Assembly (NCBI GenBank): GCA_034226945.1
Contig: CP120463.1
Coordinates: forward strand, 496,001-560,000
Source: Picochlorum sp. SENEW3
Taxonomy: Eukaryota
Length of the DNA: 64,000 bases
Direction: 5' to 3'
This document shows positions 1 through 11,541 of this stretch, in pieces. The notes under the pieces are model-generated. The model had not been told where the DNA came from, ran no database searches, and saw nothing but the letters and a program-made list of their open reading frames with translations. Made by a program: the position numbers and the translations under genes. The stretch's first letter is position 1. Every line of letters starts with the position of its first letter.

Positions 1-1279
1 ATGAGATTGACAACAAGAGGGGTTAGTTCCTCATCTTCAATGGACACAGCAACAGCAGCAGCTTCAAAGACAATAGCATGGGCTGCATTGTTCTTGTTCG
101 GGTTTTTGACTGGATCATTCACTGAAAGAATCTGCTTTAATATTGCTCGCAGCCTTTTCAACATCTCAGGGTTTTCTGGCGCAGGAAAGTACTGCAGTGC
201 TCTGAGCACTTTAACTTCTAGCCAAGGAGATGGCAGTCCGTAGTATGTGTAGTCCTGAGGAACGTCTTTCTCCCGCAAACGCTCCAAGATTTCCACTAAT
301 CTTGGTATACATGCTTCATAACCTTCGTAGTTCCTTGACACGATCCCCAATAGCAACGTTGTCAGGCCCAGCAGAACACCAAGGTCTGTCTCTTCTAACA
401 AAGCAGCCATTTTTGATCCCCAATCTTTCGCAGAAAGCAATTGATCATCAGGAGATTTTCTCAACAGTCTCAACAGACAAAGTGCTGCCTTCTTCCGCAC
501 AATAGGTCGGGTTGCCCCGTGCGCCATCACGTTCAGCACGTCTGCAGCAAGTAGTTGCGCAAACTCTGGTCCACCAACTGCAAAGAAGGGAGTATATCAA
601 CAATTGTCCCAAGCCAACATATACATTCATTCAGTAAATAAAAACACACCATTAGCAGTAAAATCCAGTGCTAGGCATTGAAATGCCTCATTCCTTGACA
701 AAAGATCACTTCGGACCGAGTTGATCACCAGTCTGAGCAATTCATCATTCTCACTCAAAAACATGCCGCAGACAACATAGCCAACCTGCTTCTCAGCATA
801 CCTGCATCAATTAATAACCAGATCATATCATATCAGATGTACATCACGTGTACCAAGCTCCAAATCGGCGTACGTTGTAGCTGCCATCATATCCATAGCT
901 TGCTTGTGGCCAAATTCAACATCATAACCGAGCATCTTTGTATACATCAGCTTCCACAGATATTTCCTCTTATCATATGCTGCATGGTATAAGATGATCC
1001 AAGTCAATCCAGCGTAGAAAATCGAATCAAATCCACACAACATCACGTACAGGACAAGGGCTTGTTGGACGTATACTTCTTTCTGATTTTGCCCAGCTCC
1101 TTCTGCACCCGTTCATGCTCTGCATCTTTCGTATTGCAATTTCTTATTTCTTGAATATAGTTCTGCAACAATATGGTGTCCAAACGAATCCGTTACAAAC
1201 CAAGGTGACTCCAAATCACGACGAAATCGAATCAAGAGCAACGCACCTTCAAGCCGCGCTGATTTTCGACCTTTGCCAT
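1..1279 (-). CDS. AP2A: AP-2 complex subunit alpha (alpha-adaptin), 5' part, spliced; runs off the window start
   Basis: Spliced reading MAKVENQRGLK|NYIQEIRNCNTKDAEHERVQKELGKIRKKY...YDKRKYLWKLMYTKMLGYDVEFGH...YAEKQVGYVVCGMFLSENDELLRLVINSVRSDLLSRNEAFQCLAL...VGGPEFAQLLAADV...VRKKAALCLLRLLRK matches the alpha-adaptin N-terminus; ATG at 1279; GT-AG introns. Confidence 0.93.
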
Positions 1280-1737
1280 GATCTATGATTACCTTTATTT
1301 GTGATTACGTAAGAAAATAGATATCAGACTCTTCTGATGCCCAGAGAACTCCGGTTCAAAAGGATTTCTTGTTTCCTTGCTTCACAGCGTGTTGAATTCC
1401 TGGGCTCCGTCACTCTCTGCCACCAAAAACTATTGATTTTACATTTGTTGAAATCATAAAATATCTGCAGTTGGGTATTGCTGACAAATGACACGCTCTC
1501 CTGTCATCTCCTTTCAAGGGGCAACAGATCTTGCCACATGATGATGCCATTGCCAGTTTGATGATCGTATGATCTTCGGTTCCATCATAAAGGGGGCGTA
1601 GAATCACGAATTTTTAGAGCAAGATCGGTGTGTTCACAAGGCTAGTGTAGATGAATCTCGCAGACAAGAAAAGATTGATAAAACATGAAATATGGTATCA
1701 TTCCAGGATTATTCAACCCAGGCCTAGCACATGGGTA

Positions 1738-3867
1738 TCAAGCAGGAAGATTAGACAGTTTCCTATTTGCTGATTTTCCAGTTGTTTGAGAGGGATTGTG
1801 CTCTGAGGCAAAGGTTTTCGCCGTAGGCGCATTCTCTCCACTCGATACCACCACATAGCCTGGCATCGAACGTGCTTTTAATGTTGTGATTGCACCGACA
1901 ATGCAAAGCATCAGAATGCCAGCGATGGCGAACATCATGAAGAGCCAGCGCATATCAAACATATCTGAATCAGATGGGACCAGTGACGAAGGTCTATATA
2001 CCGAGTTTTGGAGCTTGGACACAATCAAGTCAGCAAGGCTGTCTGACTGTGATTCTGCAGATTGTGTGGTACTTCCTGTTGTATCACTATTGTATTCAAA
2101 CATGGAGACCCTGGGCAAACGTGCAGGACTATGGCGATTTTCAGATTCTGAGAAAGATCTAAAGAGCTGCTCAATCATCTCTGGTTCTTCCAGTCCGAGG
2201 AATTCAAGTGCTTCTGTTGAGAGTCCGCCAAATTCCTCAGGGCTCTTCATCTTGATGGCAAGGCTGATTTGGTAAGATTCGTCATCGGGCAAAAAGAATC
2301 TAGCAGCGCCATTCAAAACCTCTTCAAGATCTTCTGTAGCAGAAATAAGGTTTTGCGACTCAGCAGACCTGAACCAGGAGGGATCCGTGGCATATAATGT
2401 GACCTCGTATTGTTCATATGGCAGCACCTCAGCTTCATCTTCTGCCTGAGAGGACAAAGCACTTCTCAACCGCCTTCTTCTTGCAATCTTCTTGTCTTTT
2501 TCTATATATTGGCTATTCGATGAGTCGAATGAAGAAACAGGCTCCATATCCGGAGCATAATTGTCCTCGTATGCATACATGTATGCATCAAAGAATTCCT
2601 CTGGAATGTACACTGGTGCTGTCATTGCTTCAACCAGTGCATTTATAATTGTTGAAAGAACATCATCAATAAGCCCCTCAGCCATTGTGTCATTAGAAAC
2701 AGGAATGAATACAAACGTTGTTGTTTCCACGAAACCTGGGTTTGTCAAATATGCATCCTCCTCTAACCTTGTTCTTCCCTCACTCACATCTGCCTCACCA
2801 GGAAATACAAGATACTCTGGCAACTCGCCTTTGTTTGAGTCAATGACTGAATCTTCTACCAATCGTCGTCCATGAAGCGATTTCATACGTCCATCAGCCA
2901 TATCTATATACTTTTGTCTCGCTTGCTCGGTCTTTTGCCTAATCAACTCTGCAGTCTCTTGTGAAACCCTCAGACCAGTCTCACGCAGAGACTTTATCGC
3001 ATTCAAGCTGCTTTCGGCATTTTGAAGAAGCTTCTCTCTCGAATCTGTCCAATCAATTGCACTCAAAAGCCTCCTTGAAGTATCTTGAGGAAGGTCCTCC
3101 TCCTGATCAAAATCACTAAACACTGTGGTCATATTCCTCAGAAATTCATCAAACAGGGGATCTGATACTCCACTCTCATTCAATGATGCGCTACCATCTT
3201 CAACTAACTCTGGAACAGGCACATCCAGGCCATCAACGGCAGGTTCTGGTGCAGGCACCAATTTTCCCAATCCTTCAGCACCTCCAATGAACCCAGAGAA
3301 TAGGCCCTTTGATCGATCAAAAAATTCTGCAATCTTTCGGTACTGCTCAATCTGCTCTGAAATCTTCTTTCCACTGCTTGCAATATCTGTCAATGCAGAC
3401 CTATCTGTGAGACTATTTAGCAGATCTGCAGTGGATGTTTGGAGTGCACTCTGTGCAGCATTCTGAATGAGACGAACAGCATTTTCAATCTTGCTCTCTG
3501 CTTCCACCTTGGACTCTTCCAACCTTTTTTGCGCCTCTTCTTTCGATGTATCATCATAAATTTGACGAAGTCTCCTCCTCCCAGATCCGTGCTTTGAAAT
3601 CCTGTGCCCTGTCCCTACTACTTTTTCTAAATGAGACAATGCATCAACAGAATGCTTTGATGCCTCCGAAAGATATTCTTCGAATTTCCTTCCACCATGA
3701 TTGCGCCAGTTATATAATGTATCATTCAAACGTGATAATGAGTTCTCCATATGCCTCATGAATGCATCATGATAGTCATGGACGTCAGATTTGGGCAAAT
3801 GCGTCGACGAGGTTGCTTGCACACACGCCAAAGTGGCGACAATGAGCATTAAGTAATAATGCTTCAT
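1738..3867 (-). CDS. Hypothetical type I membrane protein, 709 aa (signal peptide, acidic ectodomain with repeated RRL motifs, C-terminal TM helix)
   Basis: Long intronless ORF; N-terminal MKHYYLMLIVATLACVQA signal-like peptide; hydrophobic WLFMMFAIAGILMLCIVGAITTL near the C-terminus; no recognised family. Confidence 0.8.
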   Translation of the reverse strand: MKHYYLMLIVATLACVQATSSTHLPKSDVHDYHDAFMRHMENSLSRLNDTLYNWRNHGGRKFEEYLSEASKHSVDALSHLEKVVGTGHRISKHGSGRRRLRQIYDDTSKEEAQKRLEESKVEAESKIENAVRLIQNAAQSALQTSTADLLNSLTDRSALTDIASSGKKISEQIEQYRKIAEFFDRSKGLFSGFIGGAEGLGKLVPAPEPAVDGLDVPVPELVEDGSASLNESGVSDPLFDEFLRNMTTVFSDFDQEEDLPQDTSRRLLSAIDWTDSREKLLQNAESSLNAIKSLRETGLRVSQETAELIRQKTEQARQKYIDMADGRMKSLHGRRLVEDSVIDSNKGELPEYLVFPGEADVSEGRTRLEEDAYLTNPGFVETTTFVFIPVSNDTMAEGLIDDVLSTIINALVEAMTAPVYIPEEFFDAYMYAYEDNYAPDMEPVSSFDSSNSQYIEKDKKIARRRRLRSALSSQAEDEAEVLPYEQYEVTLYATDPSWFRSAESQNLISATEDLEEVLNGAARFFLPDDESYQISLAIKMKSPEEFGGLSTEALEFLGLEEPEMIEQLFRSFSESENRHSPARLPRVSMFEYNSDTTGSTTQSAESQSDSLADLIVSKLQNSVYRPSSLVPSDSDMFDMRWLFMMFAIAGILMLCIVGAITTLKARSMPGYVVVSSGENAPTAKTFASEHNPSQTTGKSANRKLSNLPA

Positions 3868-5585
3868 TGTTACGGCTCCTTATTAATCAAATGTCTTCCT
3901 GTATCGATGTTGTAGACGTGCCAAAACTCACGACACCTCGGGAATACTCTGCCCTGAACACAGTTGCTACCCCAATGGACCGTATTTGCTAATGAATTCT
4001 TTACCACACGATAGATGTCTCTAAAAATAACTAATTATTCTACGGCATGTTGTCACGCACGCGGTGAAACGTGTAGATCCGCTCCGGAGCGGTGAACTTG
4101 TTCGTGAGGACGAGGTGTCGACACCCCACCAATCGGCGATATCTTTATGAATCATAATACCAGATGATTTTCAATCATGTCAATACATATGTTCCACGAA
4201 TGGATTGAAACCACAGCAGCCCTATTGAGCATTGCCCAAACGTGTTCTCCCACCTTTGCCCAAGTGCTTTGGGTGGTGGCGCCCTGAAAAAAAGTCAAAG
4301 TCAAAGGAGGCGCCTAATGTCGGTTGACAACTAACTCCTCCACTAGGACACTCCGAGCAGGTAGCGGGTTATACCAGTCTACATCCCCTAGAACACGTAC
4401 GCCGGGAATGAAATCATCATCTAAAGTTAAAGTCAATGCGGATGCTGAGTCACCAAATCCTCTCGTATGTATCGGCGATTGGGGTTTTCACTCTGCACTG
4501 CACGTGTCCCTTCCCACATCATCCATCAGGATGAGTTAGTCATGATATCAATGGCCAATACAGACCCCAATCTATACTATAGAGGAACAACTAGCTTTGC
4601 GCTTCCACCCATGCTCCAATATCCCAGCATCAACAATGTAATGGCCCTCTCCACAAGCCCTTGATGGGTCGCGATGAGCTGCGCTGATCCAACCACGCTA
4701 GTAGTCCCTGAGGAGACCCCATTGCAAGCTACAATTGTTCAATTTCAATATTTAGATATCTTGGTGCATGGGTGATTATTGATATCCACCCACAAATGCC
4801 GCTCACGGTGAATCTTGTCTGGAGCGTGAGCATCGGACACGAACAGATACTCTGATTATCCGTCAACAATCCGCCTTCTAAACCCCTTATATTGATTTTA
4901 AAAATATAATTGATCACTTATGTATGAAGAATTCTCATGTATTCCGCCAACGAGATGCACTTGTCCAACCGAGCTTGTACGAGGCCAGGGCTGGGACGAG
5001 AGACTGATCTCTATACACTAGATTTTGTCCTTCCGCTCCATATATACCATGGCACGGTACTCAAAAACATATCTGAAGATCATCCAGGAGAAATCCATGG
5101 GCAGCTCGAGGCCATCGTGGCGATCTGCCTCCATCTTGGCTTCTCAATTCCCCCTCAAAAATATTCTACTTTATCCCGCATCTTGCAGCTTCATGCTGCA
5201 TTGCAATGTCAAAATGGAGCTGCAATTGCACATATGTAAGAGTGTAGCGCGTAGATCTCGCGGTAACTTGGCCGGCACGAGCACTTGTTGGAGAGTTTGC
5301 CAGAGCCAAGACAGTTCCTTGGTTTAGAGTTTAGACCATAGTTTGTATTGACGCATCACCATCACCAATCTACCTCGAATTCACGCTGCTCTAGTCCCAT
5401 GGCATACACTAGACCAATACCAGACCATTCGCAGTTGAACAATCGATCGTGGAAAGGTATTTCCGTTCATCCGCTTCCCCCATGGGCACCATGGACAAAC
5501 AGGCCGATGAAGCCAACGCGCCGTCCGAGATGAGAGTATCTAGTGATTCGTCGCAACCGGGTAATCCACATTTCTATTTTCCATC

Positions 5586-8131
5586 ATGTCTTTGAGTATG
5601 GATGATCCTCCCAACTCCCGGGTATTCGTGGTAGCCGGGAGGAATACATCGGTACGTTTAGTCTCCATGAGGTTCAGGCTCCTGGCACTCGATTTCTCCG
5701 TGTCTTCAGGGTCAGTCCAATGGTCCATATATCTCACTCTATGCTCCTAATGTTGCAGTCTGAGTACTTGAGGAATGTTTTCGAGCAGTATGGAACGGTA
5801 TCTTTCGTGAAATACCTGCGAGACAAAGGTAAGGTGTCATCTCTCTTCGTGGCCAGCGAGTTTGGCTCTGTTTGTGCTGCGACCGGGGTTCTGGTGAGAT
5901 AGAACGAATGGGTCTCCTCTGTGTGGCCATATGATGCGCTCAATTGCAAATTTGCCCGTGATATTTCTGTGGGTTCGTAGACGGTGACGCAACCGTGGCC
6001 TTGGTTCCTTGTCCCATCAAGGTTCATGAGCGACCGATGGAAGCCGATGTATCTAGAAGGGTGTTGTTTGGGTACATTGGCATCCATTGTTGCATGCATG
6101 ATGGCCAATATTCCTGGTCTGAGCTCACAGTTCAATGTGTATCACTTCCATGACATTGGGCGAGGGTGGACGGTGAACCTGGTTGAGTTGAGTATGTTGT
6201 CATCTGACACAGGAATGCTGACAGGTGTCCTTTTTCTCTGTGTGCAGGCGTGGCCTATGTCAAATATAACAAGGCATCAGCAGCGGCTTTGGCGATAGAG
6301 AATCTTCATGAGGCGACTCTGAATGGTGGACAGGGGCCGAGGCTCAAGGTTATGCTTGCAGAATCTCCCCATGCAAGGTATGTGCTTCATGCAAACACTT
6401 CCATGTTTCAGATGGGTTTGCTGCGATAATTATCGTGGTATGGATGTTGTACTTTTACATATTAATAAATTGGTATTTATTGCTCGTAGGAACATTCCCA
6501 GGGTCCAATATAGTGAGTTTGCAGCAGAAAAGCAACCTTTGCCGGTTTCTGGAATGGACCCAGACAATGTCCCACCCAAGTCTCGTCTTTTCATGGTGGT
6601 TCCTAAGCACGCAAATGGTAGTGAAATAGAAGAGAAGATGAGAGGGTTTCCAGGAATGCAGTATTGCAAGACGGATTTGATTGCATCAAAGGGGATTGTC
6701 TTTGTCAAGTACTCGTCATCATCAGCAGCCCACACTGCTATGGAAGCAGTGCAGGCAGCCGGGGGCATAGCCGGTTATAGGGTGAAAGTAATGCTTGCAG
6801 AGCCTAAATCACAGCGCTTTTCTGGTCCATCCAATGGAATGTATGATCCAAGAGGTGAGCAGCCCTCGCTGATATCCTCCAAGTTCATGGAAAATGATCA
6901 GCGGATCTTTTATTCAGCTAGTCCAAATTACTATGATGGGAATTTGCAAAGTGATTATGGATCTGGATTTGCCCAAGGACTGACGAGTCTCATGGGCACA
7001 TTTTCTGACAAACAAGGAGGGTTTGGTGCAAGGGAGGGTCTAACCATCTCATCTGCAAACAATGTGGATATCTCGTATGGAAGCAAATCACTTGGTGATG
7101 TGTCAGAAGCCATTCATAGCAATCAAGGGAAGAATGTAGATCTGAATGCTGTTCCTCCAGGAAACCGTTTGTTCGTCGTTGTTCACAAAAGTGTGAATGA
7201 GGAAGCTCTTGCAATGGTGTTCCGCTGCTTCCCAGGGATGGAATACCTCGATCTCAAGAGAGATCGTCTTTCTGGTCGAAGCAGAGGCTTTGCGTATGTG
7301 AAATATTATTCCCTGGATAGTGCCAAAACGGCACAGTCCAGCCTCAATGGTATGGAGTTCCCACAAGGGAGTGGCTGCATGCTGAAAGTTTTGTTTGCAG
7401 CACCTCTCAATGTCTCCAGGGCCAGACAAGGAGAGTTTTCTTCGGTAAGCGTGTCATCAACGAATTCTGATGTACAGAACTCGCCAGCAAAGGCTTTCTT
7501 TGACACGCCATCCCAGGATGGGGTATCAGCAGCTACAAACTTTCAGCTCCCTTCCCCAAACACAAGCGATTCAGTGGGCCAGTTTGCATATGGCACGCAA
7601 TACTTGATCAATTCTGCAAGAACAGACTTGTCTTCTGCGTCACACGAGAGTATAATTTCTCCACTCTCTTCTCCACTTAGGGATAGGCATGTGCAGCAAG
7701 ATTGCAATGGAAACAGCAATGGTGAACAATCCTTGGGGGAGTTCAAGCTCGACTTTGGCATTTTTGAAGGTGCTGATGAGAGTCAAGAGGCCACAAATAT
7801 GATGGCTGGACTTTCACTTGGTAAATCAGAAATGGATGCGATCAGGGACTCTGTCGAATCTTCCTATGGATCGTTTTCAGCCGAAACAAAATCTTCAAAG
7901 GCGGAAAACTCGGTATACTCTGTTTTAAAGGAACCTTTGGCAGTGGAAGAGATCGAGGACATGTTCAAAAAATCTGGCCATGTAGAGAATGTGGAACTTT
8001 TTGGCTCAAAGCTGGCAAAGATTCAATTCTCTGATGAACATGCTGCAAAGCATGCCATGAGAATGGCAGATGACCTTGCTGCAGTCGTCTCCATCTCCCA
8101 TCTCTTGCCAGAAAAGACAGCATATGAATGA
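5586..8131 (+). CDS. Multi-RRM RNA-binding protein, RBM45-like; exons ~5586-5651, 5759-5828, 6248-6377, 6490-8131
   Basis: Spliced RRM1 MSLSMDDPPNSRVFVVAGRNTS|SEYLRNVFEQYGTVSFVKYLRDK|GVAYVKY...LKVMLAE; RRM2 PPKSRLFMVV...KGIVFVKY; RRM3 PPGNRLFVVV...RGFAYVKY; degenerate fourth RRM at the C-terminus. Confidence 0.85.
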
Positions 8132-8931
8132 ACTGCGGATGTTCAATGAATATAGAATATAGAATAGACTGGGGACACTCAAAAAGCTGCAATGCTTCAT
8201 TTTGGGACCTTGTATTGTATTGCTGTGCAAGCAATATCCAATTCTGGGCAAGGAGCCTGGAAGGTGTACCTAGTGCAAGAGCAGAATGATGACTCAATGA
8301 AAATGACATTTGAATAAAGAAAGAGAGTATATATATATGTATGTACGTATCCTCACAGGATACACCATCAGGACATGGCCTCAGATTCATCACAAGTCTC
8401 CACTGAGCAAGTGGCAGCGATGTTTCAAGGGGGCCATGCTCTTCCCATATGATTATATTTGATGATGTAACATCTCAATAAAGTTCTTTCTGCTCAGAGA
8501 AACGCATCAATGCATGTGTAGTTGTTCGTCACATACCACGTATGAGTTTGGCTGTATTATTGCCTTTTTGTTGAACTCATGAAATGCATTCTTGCGCTGC
8601 GAGCCCAGATGAGACATGCCTCTCCCTATGTCAACCCTCTCCAAGACGAGATGATCAAGCACATGTCACGAGATTCCTCTCAAGAACCTCAGCATCCTAG
8701 ATGGATCAAAGCAAGCCCAGAGACAAGGACTACTGGGAGTGCCATCAGCCTAGCAAGCATGCATCGATCCCGCAGTCGGTCAACGAGGCCACTGGATAGG
8801 ACCACCTCGTCATTCGGCGCTAGGACAAAATGCGGCGACTACCTACCATGAAATGGCACAATGCGGCATTCTAGTACCGAATCATCGACCATCTCCACGC
8901 ACATTTTTATTGAGAAATAAATTAAAGTACA

Positions 8932-9270
8932 ATGAACCTCCAAACAAGCTCTTTCCGTGGAACGCAGATGGCAACTCGTGTGGGTGTTGCACAACCACGC
9001 GCAGCACAGTCCTTGGTTGTCCGCGCTGCTCAGACGTTGCAGGGCAAAGTTGTATCAGTTAACCAGAATAAAACAACCATAGTTGCTGTTGAGAATATCA
9101 CCGTGCATCCATTGTACAGCAAGCGTGTGAAGCGCACGACAAGGTACACGGCCCATGACGAGCGTGGAGAGTGTCAGATTGGAGATGTCGTGAAATTGGC
9201 TCCTTGCCGTCCATTATCAAAGAAGAAGAGATTCACAGTGGAGGATATTGTGATGAAGGGCAACAATTGA
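8932..9270 (+). CDS. PRPS17: Plastid 30S ribosomal protein S17 (uS17c) with transit peptide
   Basis: LQGKVVS...KTTIVAVE...HPLYSKRVKRTTRYTAHDE...IGDVVKLAPCRPLSKKKRF is the uS17 signature; Ser/Ala/Arg-rich presequence ending VVRA; TGTAA at 9329-9333. Confidence 0.93.
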   Translation: MNLQTSSFRGTQMATRVGVAQPRAAQSLVVRAAQTLQGKVVSVNQNKTTIVAVENITVHPLYSKRVKRTTRYTAHDERGECQIGDVVKLAPCRPLSKKKRFTVEDIVMKGNN

Positions 9271-9357
9271 TGCATTCCCTTTGGCGGTAGTAGTTTCATT
9301 CTTGTATAGTGTCACAGACTTTTAGCAATGTAAAACAATTCCAATGACAACATCATT

Positions 9358-11290
9358 TTACCTAGATTCCCAAGGAATGCTCAGATCTGGTCGCAGCATC
9401 GGGGAGTCGACCAAGTATTTGCCATATTTCTTCACATTGTGGACAATGGCTATTGCCAGGAAGAGAAGCAGCCAGACTTTTTGGATGGCTTCCAGCGTGA
9501 ACACGTCTTGTGTTGAACCCAACAGAACATAATTCTTGTGCGCCAGAACCACCAGGATGGTGGCGAGGATGAAGGGAATTGCAGGGGAGATCCTGATGGA
9601 AGAAGCTGCTCTGGCACCTGCATCAGAAGGATACTCTTTCATGTCTGTATTTTTTGACAACATTGCCGTCTCAGATACACACATACCATCTTTATCTGGT
9701 TTGAATGTTCCAGTTATCAGATCTAATGCATCTTGCTTCCCTCCGTCCTTGAAATTGTTCAGGAAGTATCTTGTCATACTCTTGACACCGTCATCAAGCA
9801 GTCCTGCGAGATCTCTCTTTCCTGTTCTTGTGAATGCAGATTTCATCGCACCAGTACCTGCATACTGCTTTGAAATCTCGTCTCCATGGTCTGCCCAAAT
9901 GATACGGAAGATTTTCTCCAGCTCTGGATAGGCTGTGCTGAATCCCTCCCCTTCTGCAAGGAGACCTTTTGCATGAAGGACCCCCTCCAAGGATTTACGA
10001 GCCAGCATACCCTGTACAACATTCGTTCTATCCAACGTATCAATACAATTCGTTCGAAATACACCAGTCTGCCTGGACGTTGGCGCCTGTCCATTCACTG
10101 TCAAGCACCCAAAGTCTTTGTGCATGGCAGAAATTTGATCCCACAATTTTGACAGATTCTGGTACTTGGTAGATCCGCACTCTTTATGGAAATCAAATGG
10201 AACAAACTTGAAACTTGAGATTTCTCTGCTCACAGCTTCTGCTGCGGATGCATACGCATCACTCAAACGTCCTTCTCTGCCAGTCAGGTTGGCCAGGTTT
10301 ATTGCAGTTACTGCTCCATAATTCTTCGACAGAGACGAGACGTGGCTCTTTAGGACAGCTTCACTCCTTCCAGATGGTCCAATAGATATTGGTATTTTAT
10401 ATTTCAGGTTGGGAGTCTGGCTCCACATGACTGGGATTGAACCTCGCACCTGGACAAACGATGTAATGGAACCATCATGGAATTCCACAATTTGCTCACT
10501 TTCTACAAAATTTGCAACATTAGCATCAGTGTCCGCCCCTCGTCTCCACTGGCGTGTTCCCGGGCGTTTGGCGGATCTTCTCGCGATGATGGTAAGCGTG
10601 GATGACATGTCAGCCCCATTCCTCTTGAACCGTATCCCTTTGATCTGTGAGATAAATCCCTTCATGATTGTTGGCACAAACTTTTCTGCGCCCGCCTCTG
10701 CATCATGTATGAGCACAACCTCATGTAAATAATAATGACTTGTCAACCAAACCAAAGTACACAAAGAACGCACCAATCAAAGGAAGCGCAAGGACCCTAT
10801 TCCATGTCAACCAAGGATCAGCCCTCTGCCATGCAGATGCCGAATCGCCTGCATCCAAGTGCTTCTGAGAACACAACGTAATATCGCCACCAGCAGATAA
10901 AAACATGCCGCCACCATACTTTGATGGATCGACAGCATCCTGCATCGTTCGAATAAGGCTCCTGTCATGTGATGATGCACTTGAACCAGACAACACTCTA
11001 GTCTTTGCTACCAAAAACACAGGAAATCCCCTCAAAATCCCCACTTCTCTTGCATCCGTTACAACAATTAACGAACTTGATTGTTTCATGCGGGAAAATC
11101 CCAGAACACCAAAAACATCAGTGTACGAGTGCGTAATATCCTCCTTGTCAACCAGCTGCAGTGTGCCAGAAGACAAGTCGCACGTAAGGGATTGACCCAA
11201 ACTCTTCCCCTTCCACCATGGTTGTAATACTACAATATCACCCAATCTTTGCATACGCAAAACTGGATAAAAATCAATCTCCCCGATCAT
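9358..11290 (-). CDS. SAC1: SAC1-family phosphoinositide phosphatase, spliced (intron ~10700-10775; probable in-frame intron ~9610-9685), two C-terminal TM helices
   Basis: IARRSAKRPGTRQWRRG, ANFVESEQIV, SFVQVRGSIP, FRTNCIDTLDRTNVVQ (CX5R), WADHGDEISKQYAGTGAMK, C-terminal hydrophobic segments. Confidence 0.93.
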
Positions 11291-11541
11291 CGTGAACCCG
11301 AATCTTGCTTCCTTCCAGGGAATCCGACTTCTTTTTCACCCTTCCAAATGCTGGCTGTCGTAGTGGATCGCGTCTCTTGATCCAAAAGTCTCACTTGTTT
11401 TTCAATCTCCGATTCCGTTTGGCCCAGGATGGAATCAGTCTGTTTATTCTGTCGCAGAGAATACCAGCAAATCGAAGCAACGCCAATTCCCGCACCAAGT
11501 TGAGTCAGGATTTGTCCTATACTTGTTTTCGCGTGAGCCAT
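11287..11541 (-). CDS. Small single-TM hypothetical protein (84 aa from ATG 11541; in-frame upstream ATGs exist), stop overlapping the SAC1 start
   Basis: MAHAKTSIGQILTQLGAGIGVASICWYSLRQNKQ...: one hydrophobic helix then a charged helical tail; TGA 11287-11289 overlaps SAC1 ATG 11288-11290; no ATG in any frame between 11538 and 11291. Confidence 0.55.
   Translation of the reverse strand: MAHAKTSIGQILTQLGAGIGVASICWYSLRQNKQTDSILGQTESEIEKQVRLLDQETRSTTTASIWKGEKEVGFPGRKQDSGSR

Noticed and set aside
4877..4886. CTAAACCC as a telomerase RNA template
   Set aside because: Continues CCCC rather than CCCT(AAA), is too short, and has no supporting promoter or structure identified
4937..5327. Two overlapping 100-aa ORFs
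   Set aside because: No domain or compositional support; cannot be called as genes
8285..8406. ATGATGA...CTGA box C/D-like pair, and ORFs at 7965-8393 and 8579-8851
   Set aside because: No recognisable guide or terminal stem; the ORFs have no homology cues and the region is plausibly UTR/promoter
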